From IMG/VR virus record IMGVR_UViG_641228504_000001: a DNA stretch of 64,000 bases, one strand, 5' to 3'. Below the pieces are notes generated by a model. That model was not told where the DNA came from. It was given only the letters and a program-made list of their open reading frames with translations, and searched no databases. The stretch's first letter is position 1. Every line of letters starts with the position of its first letter. This document shows, piece after piece, positions 44,406-54,444 of this stretch. The position numbers and the translations under genes were made by a program. The stretch is from a virus.

Positions 44406-44641
44406 CCGGGACAACCGGCGACAGCCCGCCGGCGCCGCCCCCAGGACCGGCCGTCGATCCGGCGCTGCGCTGCCTGGGTTGCGCCCCCGGGATCGTGGTC
44501 AAGACGCACCAGTGCGCCGGGGACCAGGAACTACTACGGCCTGCCGGTGGGTACTGCGGCTGCCAGGAACCGGGGTGTGGGCCGGGTCGACGTCGGCCAC
44601 AGCGGCGTCGCCGGCTGAGTCCGGCCGCTGACGAACTCTGA
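44402..44641 (+). CDS. Cys-rich small protein (copy 2)
   Basis: Copy of 9276-9515. Confidence 0.5.
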   Translation: MTGTTGDSPPAPPPGPAVDPALRCLGCAPGIVVKTHQCAGDQELLRPAGGYCGCQEPGCGPGRRRPQRRRRLSPAADEL

Positions 44642-44658
44642 CCGACCGCAGACACGAC

Positions 44659-44694
44659 AACGCCCCGCCCGGCCGTGAGGCCAGGCGGGGCGTT
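44659..44694. terminator. Hairpin terminator (copy 2)
   Basis: Copy of 9533-9568. Confidence 0.75.
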
Positions 44695-44698
44695 TGTG

Positions 44699-44771
44699 CG
44701 ACCCAACCCCACATACGTGGGGAGCATGTCGCGAAGCGACAGTGGGTCATCCCCGCCTATGCGGGGACCAA
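44699..44771 (-). CRISPR. Mini-array 1 (copy 2)
   Basis: Copy of 9573-9645. Confidence 0.75.
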
Positions 44772-44923
44772 TGAACGGAGCGTACCCCCAAGCGTCTCGG
44801 CTGTCAGGCCCCGCCGGGGGCGGGTCGTTGTGGCAGGTCCGCACCACAGCCGTTCTATAGCATGCTTGACGTGTAGCTATAGCAGGCTATAGGCTGTTGG
44901 TATCCGAGCCACAGGAGGAAGCG

Positions 44924-45328
44924 ATGACCACCGGAACCAGCATCGACGATCTCGCCCGGACCCTCGCCGACCATCACGGCATTGACACCCACGCTGCTGC
45001 CGTCGACACGGTGCGGGTGCATGTGGATGAGATTCGCGACGACCCGGAGCTGTGGGACACCGCGACCCGAACCCTCACTTCGGCCGGCGTCGAGGTGATC
45101 ACCCGTGCAGTTGACGCGTCGTACAGTGTCGGAGCCGTCGCCACAGCGGCTGCGCAGGTGCTGGTGGAGCTGGAAGAGGTGACCAGCGAGATCGGCCGCC
45201 TGACCGCCCGCCGCGAAGTGCTGGTGCGGACGGCAATGCGGCGGCATGAGCTGCGGCGAGACGATATCGCCGCAGCCGCCGGCGTGACGCCCGCCCGGCT
45301 CTACCAGATCCGCGACGGACGCCGCTGA
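44924..45328 (+). CDS. C-terminal HTH protein (copy 2)
   Basis: Copy of 9798-10202. Confidence 0.8.
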   Translation: MTTGTSIDDLARTLADHHGIDTHAAAVDTVRVHVDEIRDDPELWDTATRTLTSAGVEVITRAVDASYSVGAVATAAAQVLVELEEVTSEIGRLTARREVLVRTAMRRHELRRDDIAAAAGVTPARLYQIRDGRR

Positions 45329-45369
45329 GCCACTCATCACGTAAACAACTACACCTTAGGGTTCAGATT

Positions 45370-45801
45370 ATGGGTGACAAGATTATGGACAACAAATTCG
45401 ACATCGAAGACGCCTCCGGTCGCCTAGGTGAGCTGGTTTGGGCTGCGGGGGAAGGGACGGACATTATCCTCACTCGCGATGGTGTACCTGCCGCCCGTCT
45501 GACGGCCACCGAAACCGAATATCTAGACGGTGACGAGTACGAGAAACTCCTCCGGGATATCCATCTGTACAGCCGCGCGATGGCCGCGTTCGCGGTGGCT
45601 GAACATCCCAGCGGATACGACTTCGCGCGGGTCATCAACGCCCTCTGGCAGCGCATCCGTTTCAAGCTAGATGAGGTTGCGGCGGTGCCCCCTGGGGAGG
45701 TTCGCGAGCCGTTCGCCGACGAGGCCCGGGGTGTCCGGGAGGTGGCCCGTGCGGACGCCGAGGCAATCGCGGCTAGGCCATCAGCGCGGTGGGCCGACTG
45801 A
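45370..45801 (+). CDS. Phd/YefM-domain fusion (copy 2)
   Basis: Copy of 10244-10675. Confidence 0.7.
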   Translation: MGDKIMDNKFDIEDASGRLGELVWAAGEGTDIILTRDGVPAARLTATETEYLDGDEYEKLLRDIHLYSRAMAAFAVAEHPSGYDFARVINALWQRIRFKLDEVAAVPPGEVREPFADEARGVREVARADAEAIAARPSARWAD

Positions 45802-45808
45802 ACACAGA

Positions 45809-45845
45809 GACAGCCAGACCCCCGACATTCGGGGGTCTGGCTGTC
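45809..45845. terminator. 17-bp hairpin (copy 2)
   Basis: Copy of 10683-10719. Confidence 0.85.
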
Positions 45846-45846
45846 A

Positions 45847-45934
45847 CGATTAACCCACATGCATGGAGAGGTGTCTCCTATAGGAGACGGTATCCGGCCT
45901 ACGACCGTGACACCTCCACATACGTGGAGAGGTG
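45847..45934 (-). CRISPR. Mini-array 2 (copy 2)
   Basis: Copy of 10721-10808. Confidence 0.75.
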
Positions 45935-45994
45935 GTGCTTCGGCCGTGGTAGCAGTTGCCTGCCCCATCGGGGCAGGGGCGACATGCTCCGACC

Positions 45995-46249
45995 CTACCG
46001 CCCCGACACCTCGTACTTCGGCGCGGCCGGCGTGCCGAGTAGGACGCCCAGCCGTGGCCAGCGTGCCTCGGCCACCCGGACGAGGGCGTAGTAGCCGGCC
46101 ATCGCCAGCGCCATCACGCCCACGGTGAGTGCGGTGGACGAGTCGGCGTCGATGACGATGCCCGCCGTCGAGGCCAGCCAGGCGAGCAGGGCGCCGACGG
46201 CGGCGGGGACCGCGGTGCGGATCAGGCTGATCAGGTAGTCGTGGGTCAT
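45995..46249 (-). CDS. Holin (copy 2)
   Basis: Copy of 10869-11123. Confidence 0.75.
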   Translation of the reverse strand: MTHDYLISLIRTAVPAAVGALLAWLASTAGIVIDADSSTALTVGVMALAMAGYYALVRVAEARWPRLGVLLGTPAAPKYEVSGR

Positions 46250-46584
46250 TGAATCTCCTCGTTCGGATAGGACCACTGGCCGCGGCCCTGGCCGTAGGGC
46301 ACCGCGTACTCGCGGTATGTCTGGCCGAGCCCGAGGACGAGTAGGTCCACGGTGTCGTCGGGCAGCTCGGCGACGACGCCGTCCGGGCGGGCGGCTGTCT
46401 CGTGGGTCACGGTGGGGTCGCTGGCGCTGGCCACGGTGCGAGGCGTCGGCCCCCACCGCTCGATCACGGCGGGCACCGTCGTGTCGCGGGTGCGGATCAC
46501 GATGGCGGGCGACACGACGTCGCCGAGCTGCCCGTTGTCGATCTTCGATTTGTAGTGGACGATGTGGCCGATGGTGGGCGGCAT
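46246..46584 (-). CDS. Conserved phage hypothetical (copy 2)
   Basis: Copy of 11120-11458. Confidence 0.7.
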   Translation of the reverse strand: MPPTIGHIVHYKSKIDNGQLGDVVSPAIVIRTRDTTVPAVIERWGPTPRTVASASDPTVTHETAARPDGVVAELPDDTVDLLVLGLGQTYREYAVPYGQGRGQWSYPNEEIQ

Positions 46585-46609
46585 GGTGCCTCCTGGTTAG
46601 GGTCAGGGG

Positions 46610-46909
46610 ATGGATGTGCCGTCACTGCCGCAGCGACAGCGGCTGCTCCTGGCCGAGCTGTCCGGCGTGGCCCGCCGGCACGGCACCGGCGATCGACGGG
46701 ACGTGCCCCGCGAGGTGGCGGTTGCCGCGGTGCGGGCGGTCACCGACGATCCCGTGCTGCTGGGTATCCAGGCCGGGGTGGCGCTGGTGGACCCGCACGG
46801 CATCAACCGACCGATCGTGGAGCTGCTCCAGGCCGCTGGTGCGGACATGACGATCGCGCAGCAGCATGCGGCCGAGGTACGTGAACGGCTCGGCAGAAGC
46901 CTGCTGTAG
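46610..46909 (+). CDS. Moron (copy 2)
   Basis: Copy of 11484-11783. Confidence 0.6.
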   Translation: MDVPSLPQRQRLLLAELSGVARRHGTGDRRDVPREVAVAAVRAVTDDPVLLGIQAGVALVDPHGINRPIVELLQAAGADMTIAQQHAAEVRERLGRSLL

Positions 46910-46916
46910 CACGGGG

Positions 46917-47210
46917 TCAGTGCCCGGCCTGGTCGGCACCGGTGGCCTGGGCGATCCGGTCCACCTGGTCCTTGATCGAGCTGCCGCCGTTGGGGCGCAA
47001 CTCCTCCAGGGCGTCCAGGCGGCCCTCGATGCGGACCACCCGGTCCATCAACCCGGGGCGCCCCTTGGAGAGGCCGGGCCGGGGTGGCTCGCCGAGCAGG
47101 TCGTCCGCGAGCCTGGCCAGCTTGCGGCTGGTGGCCAGCGTGCCGCGGACAGCGCGGCGAAGTACCTCGGCAGCGGTGCCGACGGCGGCGATTAAGAGCA
47201 GCATCTCCAC
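46917..47210 (-). CDS. Lysis-cassette membrane protein (copy 2)
   Basis: Copy of 11791-12084. Confidence 0.65.
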   Translation of the reverse strand: MEMLLLIAAVGTAAEVLRRAVRGTLATSRKLARLADDLLGEPPRPGLSKGRPGLMDRVVRIEGRLDALEELRPNGGSSIKDQVDRIAQATGADQAGH

Positions 47211-47228
47211 CGTGAATCTCCCAGCGGG

Positions 47229-48047
47229 TTATCGAATCGGGTTTCGGAATGCGGCGTCCCACGTCTTACGGCCCAGCAGCCCATCCCGGGTGAGGCCCTG
47301 GTCCGCCTGGAACGCCTTGATCAGCGCCTGGTATTCCGGCCCGTACAGGCCATCGGCGCCGGCCTTGCGCAGGTAGCGGCGGCCCTTGCCCGCCGGCCAG
47401 CCGCGGCGGACAAGCTGCCTGGTCCAGGCGGTCAGCCATTGCCGGTCGGCCTTGCCCCGGAAGCGGCGACGGTAGTAGCCGGACACGGACCGGTTACCAC
47501 GCTCGCGTGGGCCGAAGTAGTGCCCGGCCGGGAGCGGGAACGCCACCGCGGGCCTGGGCGCCGGCCGTGGCGGCACCGGTGCCGGCGTGCCGAGCTGGTC
47601 GAGTCGCCAGTCCGTACCCCGCACCGTGTCCGCAGCCTGGGTGAACTCCGACGTCACATGGCAGTGCCCGGTGTGCCGGTTCGACCCGGTGTAGGTGCGG
47701 GTGGTGAAGTCGTACCGGCGGTGCCAGATGCGGCCGTTGAAGATGATGTACCGCACCCACCACAAGGAACCGGTGCGGGCCAGTGTCACCCACAGTTGCA
47801 CGACCTGCTCCATCGTGACGCCGTCCGGGTCGTTCAGGTCGGCGTCGAAGTCCCGGGCGCGTACCTCGTCGGCCGGGTCGCCGTCGCGGTGTTCGGGTCG
47901 GCCGGTCCGGTCCGGGTTGTGCGACGACGGGTAGCCCTGGTGGGCGGTGTCGCCGATCGAACCGTCCGACCTTGTGTCGCGCCCCGGGAACCGCTGGTTG
48001 AGCTGATCGCGCGCTTCATTCAGATTCGGTACTACCGTCCACGTCAT
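47229..48047 (-). CDS. Endolysin (copy 2)
   Basis: Copy of 12103-12921. Confidence 0.88.
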   Translation of the reverse strand: MTWTVVPNLNEARDQLNQRFPGRDTRSDGSIGDTAHQGYPSSHNPDRTGRPEHRDGDPADEVRARDFDADLNDPDGVTMEQVVQLWVTLARTGSLWWVRYIIFNGRIWHRRYDFTTRTYTGSNRHTGHCHVTSEFTQAADTVRGTDWRLDQLGTPAPVPPRPAPRPAVAFPLPAGHYFGPRERGNRSVSGYYRRRFRGKADRQWLTAWTRQLVRRGWPAGKGRRYLRKAGADGLYGPEYQALIKAFQADQGLTRDGLLGRKTWDAAFRNPIR

Positions 48048-48171
48048 CGATGTTCACCTCCGTTGCTGGCCAGTCGGTCTGTTCGGGGTCGCTCCATGGG
48101 TCCGGGAGTTGGGGTCCGATGTGCTGCTCCGGGCTCTCGTCCGGGACCGGATGTGGAAATGTGGTGGGCAT
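48016..48171 (-). CDS. Small acidic protein (copy 2)
   Basis: Copy of 12890-13045. Confidence 0.5.
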   Translation of the reverse strand: MPTTFPHPVPDESPEQHIGPQLPDPWSDPEQTDWPATEVNIDDVDGSTESE

Positions 48172-48209
48172 AGGTGTCTCCCTGTGGATTTACGGAAAAG
48201 GATCTGCGC

Positions 48210-48668
48210 TTAGGTCGCCTCATACGTGCCGGTGATAATCCATTGATCCCCGGCGGCCCACGCCATCGGAACTGCACTGCTGATATTGACAGTGGTCCCG
48301 TTATTGGTGGAGCTGCGCATGAAGTCGCCTGAGGTCGCGAAAACGCGGATCATGCCCATGTACGTCACTGATCCGATGCAAATGCAGGACAGCATGGTCG
48401 GCACCACCGGGGTAACCGGCAGGGACACATTCCAGGCACCCGTTCCAAGCGTGGACGTACTGCCGATGGTCAGCACAGTCCTGATCATGACAAGTTTGCC
48501 GGCCTGCATGTAATGGCCGGTCAACGTGCCATTACCTAGACTCGGCGCGGTGCCGGATGATCCCCACGTCGGGGCGTATGATTGCCATGCCGATGTCAAA
48601 TTCTCGTACGAATCAAGATTTGACGCAAAAATTGTGCTTCCTGCCGGTAAATTCACTGGTGATGTCAC
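48210..48668 (-). CDS. Minor tail protein (copy 2)
   Basis: Copy of 13084-13542. Confidence 0.7.
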   Translation of the reverse strand: MTSPVNLPAGSTIFASNLDSYENLTSAWQSYAPTWGSSGTAPSLGNGTLTGHYMQAGKLVMIRTVLTIGSTSTLGTGAWNVSLPVTPVVPTMLSCICIGSVTYMGMIRVFATSGDFMRSSTNNGTTVNISSAVPMAWAAGDQWIITGTYEAT

Positions 48669-48677
48669 AGATCCTCC

Positions 48678-50783
48678 TCACAAGGCCGCTATCGCTGGCG
48701 CCCAGACCTGCACCGAGGTGCCGTCCGGCCACGCCCGGCCGACCCCGTTGACGGCCCGCCCGGACAGGGTCACGGTTTGGGTAAGTCCCGTGCCGGTGAT
48801 GCCGGTGGCGGTGACGCGTTCCCCGCCGCCGATCAATAAGTCCAGCGGAAAGTCCGCGGCGCCTGTTGTCCAGGCGCCGTTTTCGGTGGTCGAGGTCATC
48901 GTCAGCGTCAACGTGGCAGCGTCCACGGCGGCGATGGTGGAGCCGTCCGCCGCAACGCGTTGCGGGCCGTCGACGACGGCCACCGCGTACGGACCTGCGG
49001 GCACGCATACCAACCGCAGATCCCAGGTGTACTGGTCGATGGTCTCGGTGTACCCCTCGCTGTGCTGATCGATGGCGTCCGGGGGCAGCCACACGGGCGG
49101 GGAACCGATGGTCAGCCGGTCCCCGACGTCCACTGCGGCGGCGGCGGTGATCAGCGTGGGTTTGCCCGCATGGCTGAGGGCGGCCAGGTCGACGCGGATG
49201 GTGGGGTAGCGGGCCTCATCCCATGTGCCGAGGTGGGTGCGCCATGACGCCTGGTCGGCGAGGTGGGAGTCGGAGGGGACGTTGACGGTCACTCGGTGGT
49301 CGTAGCGGCCGACACCATCCGGCGGCGCCGCCGTGGACAGCGGACCCGACGTCACCTCGGCCCGGTATGACGACCCGCCGGACCGTGAGGCAGTAACGTC
49401 GTTGCGGACGTGCCGGTCGTCGTCGACGGGCTCCAGCGGCGGCGCTACCTCCCCGTCCGCGCCAAAGGTCAACGCGAGGGTGACGGGCTGGTTGTATCGG
49501 GACCGCACGGTTCGATAGGCCAGCCCCAGCACCTCACGCGGCTCGTAGAGGATGCCCTGGTCAACGTCCTCGCACTGCCTGATTAGCTCTAGCAGCGTGC
49601 CCGTGGGTTGCGCGCCCATCGTCACGGTGTCGTCGGGGTCGCCCACGATGTGACAGGTGGTGCCTTCCTCGTGGCACAGCCGCTCGATTCGCCGGCCAGC
49701 CGTCTCGCCAGCGTGTCCCGTGACGGCCGGAGCGACGGTTGTCCAGGTATCCGTGGATGGGGCCCGCCACACACCGATGTGGCCCAGCGCGGCCGTGCCA
49801 TCCGTCCGTGGGCCGATATGTAGACGGTGCGGCACACCCGGTGATCCGGCCGTGGTGGTGGAGCTCCGGAGGGCACCGTCAATCCGCAGCGTGTAGGTGA
49901 CGGTTCCGCCGCCGGCGTCGGCCGCCCCCACCTCAAGCCAATGCGGCAGCTCGTCGCTGTAGTCGGTAAAGTCAGTGAGAATATAGGTAAGGCTAGATGA
50001 ATCGGGCCCGTAGGCCACCGCTGCCACCAGCACGGACGACGCCGACAGCTCTATCCGCAGCTCGTCGTAGATGCTGTCGCCGGTCACCGCTGCCACCAGC
50101 ACGTCCCAGGTCGCCCCGGTGCCGAACTGGACCAGGACCCGGATAGCCCAATCGTCACCATCCGTGACGCCGGTGACCGGACCGGTCAGACCACCGGCGT
50201 CCCGCGACCAGTCCGGCAGGGGTGACGAACCCGGCGATGTCACAGATGCCCAGGCGATCTCACCCGTCGCGGTCAGTGGGGTGCCACCAGGCAGCCCAGA
50301 CGCGGCCTGGGTGGAACCGGAGCCGTCCTCAACCGGCCAGTACGACACCGGACCGGTCCCGGTGATCGCCCGATGCAGAGGGGACCTGAGCGGCGAGGCT
50401 CCCTGCCCGAGGCGACGCAGGACCCCCGACGCAGTGATGTCGACATACCGGTCAACCCCGGTCACCGACCACTGCGGCGGCCACGACGACACCTCCCCAT
50501 AGAACCGGTCGTGAAGGGTTCCACCGGCGAGGCCAGCGGATACCCGCAGCGGAGTGTTGCGGCCAATCACGCCGTAGTAGGCACCGGTCGGCCGCCGTGG
50601 CGAGTAGCTACCGCTGCTGTTGTCCAGCCGCATCGAAGCGGTACCCCGGTCGACGCGGCGACCCTCGGCGGTCCGTCCCCGTGTGATCTTTACCGAGCCC
50701 CGCACATCCGCGGTGATGTCCACCCACCCCAACGCCCCGAGATGGATCTCCACCCGGAACTCGAACCGAGCGGGGGCGCTCAT
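48678..50783 (-). CDS. Large minor tail protein (copy 2)
   Basis: Copy of 13552-15657. Confidence 0.8.
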   Translation of the reverse strand: MSAPARFEFRVEIHLGALGWVDITADVRGSVKITRGRTAEGRRVDRGTASMRLDNSSGSYSPRRPTGAYYGVIGRNTPLRVSAGLAGGTLHDRFYGEVSSWPPQWSVTGVDRYVDITASGVLRRLGQGASPLRSPLHRAITGTGPVSYWPVEDGSGSTQAASGLPGGTPLTATGEIAWASVTSPGSSPLPDWSRDAGGLTGPVTGVTDGDDWAIRVLVQFGTGATWDVLVAAVTGDSIYDELRIELSASSVLVAAVAYGPDSSSLTYILTDFTDYSDELPHWLEVGAADAGGGTVTYTLRIDGALRSSTTTAGSPGVPHRLHIGPRTDGTAALGHIGVWRAPSTDTWTTVAPAVTGHAGETAGRRIERLCHEEGTTCHIVGDPDDTVTMGAQPTGTLLELIRQCEDVDQGILYEPREVLGLAYRTVRSRYNQPVTLALTFGADGEVAPPLEPVDDDRHVRNDVTASRSGGSSYRAEVTSGPLSTAAPPDGVGRYDHRVTVNVPSDSHLADQASWRTHLGTWDEARYPTIRVDLAALSHAGKPTLITAAAAVDVGDRLTIGSPPVWLPPDAIDQHSEGYTETIDQYTWDLRLVCVPAGPYAVAVVDGPQRVAADGSTIAAVDAATLTLTMTSTTENGAWTTGAADFPLDLLIGGGERVTATGITGTGLTQTVTLSGRAVNGVGRAWPDGTSVQVWAPAIAAL

Positions 50784-51808
50784 ACCTCACCGCCGAGAAC
50801 GAGCTGCACGTTTCCGCCCCGCACACCGATCGCCAGGCGCAGCACCTCTACCAGCAGGTCATCCAGCCGCGCCCCAGCAGAGTCGATCACGAGTGTGACC
50901 ACACCCCCGCCGGACCGGCCCGGCGGTCTCACCTCCTCGCCCGCCAGGGCCATGATCGGCACCTGCTGTCCGGGGCTGCCGGGTACCACACCGCCGGTGT
51001 GGTAAGTGGGCAGCCTCGGCGCGCTGATACTGCCGACGCCCGGCAGCGAGAACGACAACCGCCCCACCGTGCGATTCCAGGCCCGCGAAACAGCGTTAAA
51101 CCCAGCCCGGAACGGGGCAGAAATAAGACTACCGACGCGAGAAAACGCATTGCCAATCTTCCTGGGAAGGCCAGTAATCCAGCCGGACGCGCTGCTGGAG
51201 AACCGTTTCACGGCCGCCCATCCGGCCTCAACCGGGTCACCAATTTTGCCCCATACCGCCCGCCACAGATCCTGAAACCACGTGGTTTTCGTCGCTATCA
51301 GTACCACCACGGCGACCAGGGCAACAATCGCGGCAATGACTAGACCGATAGGATTCGCCAATAGGGCGGTGTTGAGTAGCCAGGTAGCACCCGCCCACGC
51401 TTTCGAACCGACTGCGGCGCCCTTTTGTGCTGCTGCTGCGGCGAGGGTTCCGACCCGCGTTGCCCGTAGCCAGCGCACGCCGGATTTCATGGCTGGGATC
51501 AAGAAATTGTACAAACCGCTGGCCAAATCACCGATGGCGAAACCCATCAGCAGTAGGGCTTCAAATCCAATGCCGTCCTGGGCTACCTTGACCCCCTCCA
51601 TACCGTCCTGAACACCCGTTAGCGTGTCCCGGAAACCCATCGCACGGGTGTCGACGTCATCGGCGGCCTGGCCGACACGGTCGAACCCGTCAGCCGATGC
51701 GCGGACATCACGGTCCATTGACCGGGCGGCGGAACCAACCCGGTCGAATGCGGATTCGAGCTGCGCCGAATCGCCCGCGAAGGTCATCGTGACCGTGTTG
51801 CCGGCCAT
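50780..51808 (-). CDS. Tape measure (copy 2)
   Basis: Copy of 15654-16682. Confidence 0.8.
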   Translation of the reverse strand: MAGNTVTMTFAGDSAQLESAFDRVGSAARSMDRDVRASADGFDRVGQAADDVDTRAMGFRDTLTGVQDGMEGVKVAQDGIGFEALLLMGFAIGDLASGLYNFLIPAMKSGVRWLRATRVGTLAAAAAQKGAAVGSKAWAGATWLLNTALLANPIGLVIAAIVALVAVVVLIATKTTWFQDLWRAVWGKIGDPVEAGWAAVKRFSSSASGWITGLPRKIGNAFSRVGSLISAPFRAGFNAVSRAWNRTVGRLSFSLPGVGSISAPRLPTYHTGGVVPGSPGQQVPIMALAGEEVRPPGRSGGGVVTLVIDSAGARLDDLLVEVLRLAIGVRGGNVQLVLGGEV

Positions 51809-52218
51809 CAGTCGACCTCCACCCCAGCAGATTTCGCGGCGTCCAGTAGCGCCCGTTCGGTTCTCCGCCGCACTTCGTCACTTTTCGCGGCGTACCCGGC
51901 CCACAGATAGCGGCCCTGCTTGCGATACGGCCGCGATACCGACCGGCCACGACCGACCCGTCCGCCGAAGTCCAGCCACGGGTAGTAGGGCACCCGCGCC
52001 CCTCCGGCACGCACCCGAACTGCCCGGCCGGTTGAGGCGACCCGCAGGGACCGAGCTGCCCGTCCGGACCGGCGCGACACGCGAGGACGCGCCCAGTCCA
52101 CGACCACCTGGGCGGCGTCGTTCATGGCCACGCGGAGAGTCTTCGGCAGGTCGCTGTCGAGCTTGCGGAGGTTGCGGGTAAACGCCGCCAAACCGTCGAT
52201 TTTGATCGGGTCAATCAT
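51808..52218 (-). CDS. HK97 gp10-like (copy 2)
   Basis: Copy of 16682-17092. Confidence 0.7.
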   Translation of the reverse strand: MIDPIKIDGLAAFTRNLRKLDSDLPKTLRVAMNDAAQVVVDWARPRVSRRSGRAARSLRVASTGRAVRVRAGGARVPYYPWLDFGGRVGRGRSVSRPYRKQGRYLWAGYAAKSDEVRRRTERALLDAAKSAGVEVD

Positions 52219-52396
52219 TCATCTGCCCCCTTCCGCTTTCAGCCGTCCCAACTCTTCTCGCTGCGCTTTACGGGCGTAGTAAACGGCCCATTGCACAAAT
52301 TCGTAGTTGCTCATCTGCTCGCGCAGCTCGGCAACCGTTCTGCCTAGCTGCGCGGCTAGGAAGAACTCAAACTCAGTCGTTGGATCCGTCTCGAAA
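52219..52396 (-). CDS. Chaperone frameshift extension (copy 2)
   Basis: Copy of 17093-17270. Confidence 0.65.
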
Positions 52397-52708
52397 GGTC
52401 TGCATCGCCTCTTTATCCGCCCCGCTGAGCAGCCCAGACAGCTTGGCGATCTGCTCGGAAACGGCAACGAGGTCCCCGGCGTCGCCGGACGCGCCCCAGG
52501 CCGCCACGTCTTCTTCTGTCATCCGCGGGGAGGTCATGCCCGTAGCGATGATGAAGTTATCCCTGTCGGTCAACGTCGCCTTGTCATTGGAGACCAAAAT
52601 CTCGTTCCGGGTCAGTGACCGGATGCCGACCGTGGAACCGTCGGGAAGGGTAGCGATGCCCTTGCCGGTCTTGCGGGCAAGGATCTCGTCGCGGGTCAGA
52701 TGTGCCAT
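52373..52708 (-). CDS. Tail assembly chaperone (copy 2)
   Basis: Copy of 17247-17582. Confidence 0.75.
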   Translation of the reverse strand: MAHLTRDEILARKTGKGIATLPDGSTVGIRSLTRNEILVSNDKATLTDRDNFIIATGMTSPRMTEEDVAAWGASGDAGDLVAVSEQIAKLSGLLSGADKEAMQTFRDGSND

Positions 52709-52719
52709 GGTCTCTCCCG

Positions 52720-53124
52720 TCACGCCTGGGTGGAGTGGGTGACGTCGCCGGAATGCTGCAATTTGCAGGTCCACATCACGTAGTCGGCGACCGGATGCGT
52801 CTCTTTATACTCGCCCACGACGACATCAACCGATCTTTCCGGCAGGCCGGTGCCGGTCCCCTCGGGGCGATACACGAAAACGGCATTAGTGCCGATCAAC
52901 GGCTCGATCACCGCCCGGGGTCCGGTGACGGCAGTGTTGTCGTAGGTGCCCGACAGGTCGGTTGACCCGTCGCCGAGACCACCGGCATAAACCTCGTTGT
53001 TATTGCCGTAGGTGGTGAGTTTCCGAATGTCGGTTGATCGTGTCCAGTCTGAATCATTCAGGTACTGCGACAGGTCATTTCCCGCCAACGATGCGTACGT
53101 GTGTTTGCTGTGTACGCGGGCCAT
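52720..53124 (-). CDS. Major tail protein (copy 2)
   Basis: Copy of 17594-17998. Confidence 0.75.
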   Translation of the reverse strand: MARVHSKHTYASLAGNDLSQYLNDSDWTRSTDIRKLTTYGNNNEVYAGGLGDGSTDLSGTYDNTAVTGPRAVIEPLIGTNAVFVYRPEGTGTGLPERSVDVVVGEYKETHPVADYVMWTCKLQHSGDVTHSTQA

Positions 53125-53137
53125 ATCTTTGCTCCCC

Positions 53138-53554
53138 TCACTGGCCGCCCTGGCCTGCGATCCGGACCTCAACTAGCGCGACCATGTGGGTGTTACTGCC
53201 GATGGTGGTGGTGTCGAACTCCACGCCGGCGACGTGGATGGAGTCGAACGCGGTGTAGTTGCCCTCGTCTGCCTCGAGGCCGGCCTTGACCGAGGTGTCG
53301 CCGGTGCCGGCGAGCCAGGTGGATAGCTGGTCGCGGGTGGAGTCGTCGTGCACGCGGCCGGCGACCAGGGCGACGGTGAGGGTCAGCTCGTCGCTGCCGC
53401 GGCCGTAGGTGGCGTCGTAGGTGTAGGTGTCGGGGTAGGAGACCACCGCGGCCGGCGCCGACACGGTGCCTGGCGGGTAGGGGTAGACCGACCATGAGTC
53501 GTCGATGGTGGCGAGTCGGGCGGCGATGTCGCGCATCACGTCGGTGAGGTTCAC
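53138..53554 (-). CDS. Tail terminator (copy 2)
   Basis: Copy of 18012-18428. Confidence 0.6.
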   Translation of the reverse strand: MNLTDVMRDIAARLATIDDSWSVYPYPPGTVSAPAAVVSYPDTYTYDATYGRGSDELTLTVALVAGRVHDDSTRDQLSTWLAGTGDTSVKAGLEADEGNYTAFDSIHVAGVEFDTTTIGSNTHMVALVEVRIAGQGGQ

Positions 53555-53564
53555 CGGCTGCTCC

Positions 53565-54143
53565 CTATGCGATTGCGGGCAGGACGAACGGGGAGAGCAG
53601 GGCGTGCACGTCGGGGTCGATGCGGGTCACCCGCAGCGCGCCCCAGTCGGCGGACCCGGCGATGCCCTCGGGGCTGGACCGGCGTTGGTGCAGCCGTGCC
53701 GCTTGGAGTAGTGCGGCTTGGGTGACCTCGTCGGGGACCGCGGGCCATCCCCATACGGCGGTGATCCGGGTGTGGGTGCCTGACCAGGTGCCCCGTAGGA
53801 CGGTCACGGGCCAGCCCGGTTTGGGGTCGTCGGCGTACCAGCTGGTGTAGCTGGTCCAGGTGGACGGGGCTCTGCCGAGTTCGACTGTCAGCCCGGTGGT
53901 GGTGGCGATGTCGTCGACGAGCAGTTGTGACTGCCCGGGGTCGGACCAGGGGTCGGGAATGACGCGGTGCTGTAGTGGCACGACAGCAACCCGCGTCGTG
54001 CCGGCGTCGGTGTGGAAGCGTCGGCCGCAGTGTCGGTCGATCCATCGGGAGGCGGTGTGGATTGTCTGGTTGAGTAGGTCGTCGGTTGAGGTGGTGGTGA
54101 CGCCGAGGTGGGCCTTCAGCGTGGCGAGGTCGACGTAGTTCAT
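53565..54143 (-). CDS. Head-tail adaptor (copy 2)
   Basis: Copy of 18439-19017. Confidence 0.8.
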   Translation of the reverse strand: MNYVDLATLKAHLGVTTTSTDDLLNQTIHTASRWIDRHCGRRFHTDAGTTRVAVVPLQHRVIPDPWSDPGQSQLLVDDIATTTGLTVELGRAPSTWTSYTSWYADDPKPGWPVTVLRGTWSGTHTRITAVWGWPAVPDEVTQAALLQAARLHQRRSSPEGIAGSADWGALRVTRIDPDVHALLSPFVLPAIA

Positions 54144-54436
54144 CGCCGGGTAGGGCGCTTCTTGGTGGCGTTGGCCAGTTCGCCCACCTCGGCGACCGCG
54201 GCGCGTAGCCTTTTCGCGGCGGTCCGGGCCTGGGCGGCGAGCACGTCTTGGCCGTCGTCGGCGTGGCCGGCGGCCTTGGCGTCGAGCATGTCGGCCTCGA
54301 CGCTGATCGCCGCGGCCACGCGCGCAAGTTCTGCGCCGGCTGCCGCGGCCCGCTCGGCGCGGCCATCCCGGGCGTACCGGGACCGCTCGTCCCGGTACGC
54401 CCGCAGTTCCGCGATGAGATCGTGAGACATGATCAT
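54140..54436 (-). CDS. Small helical protein (copy 2)
   Basis: Copy of 19014-19310. Confidence 0.55.
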   Translation of the reverse strand: MIMSHDLIAELRAYRDERSRYARDGRAERAAAAGAELARVAAAISVEADMLDAKAAGHADDGQDVLAAQARTAAKRLRAAVAEVGELANATKKRPTRR

Positions 54437-54444
54437 GCCGCCGG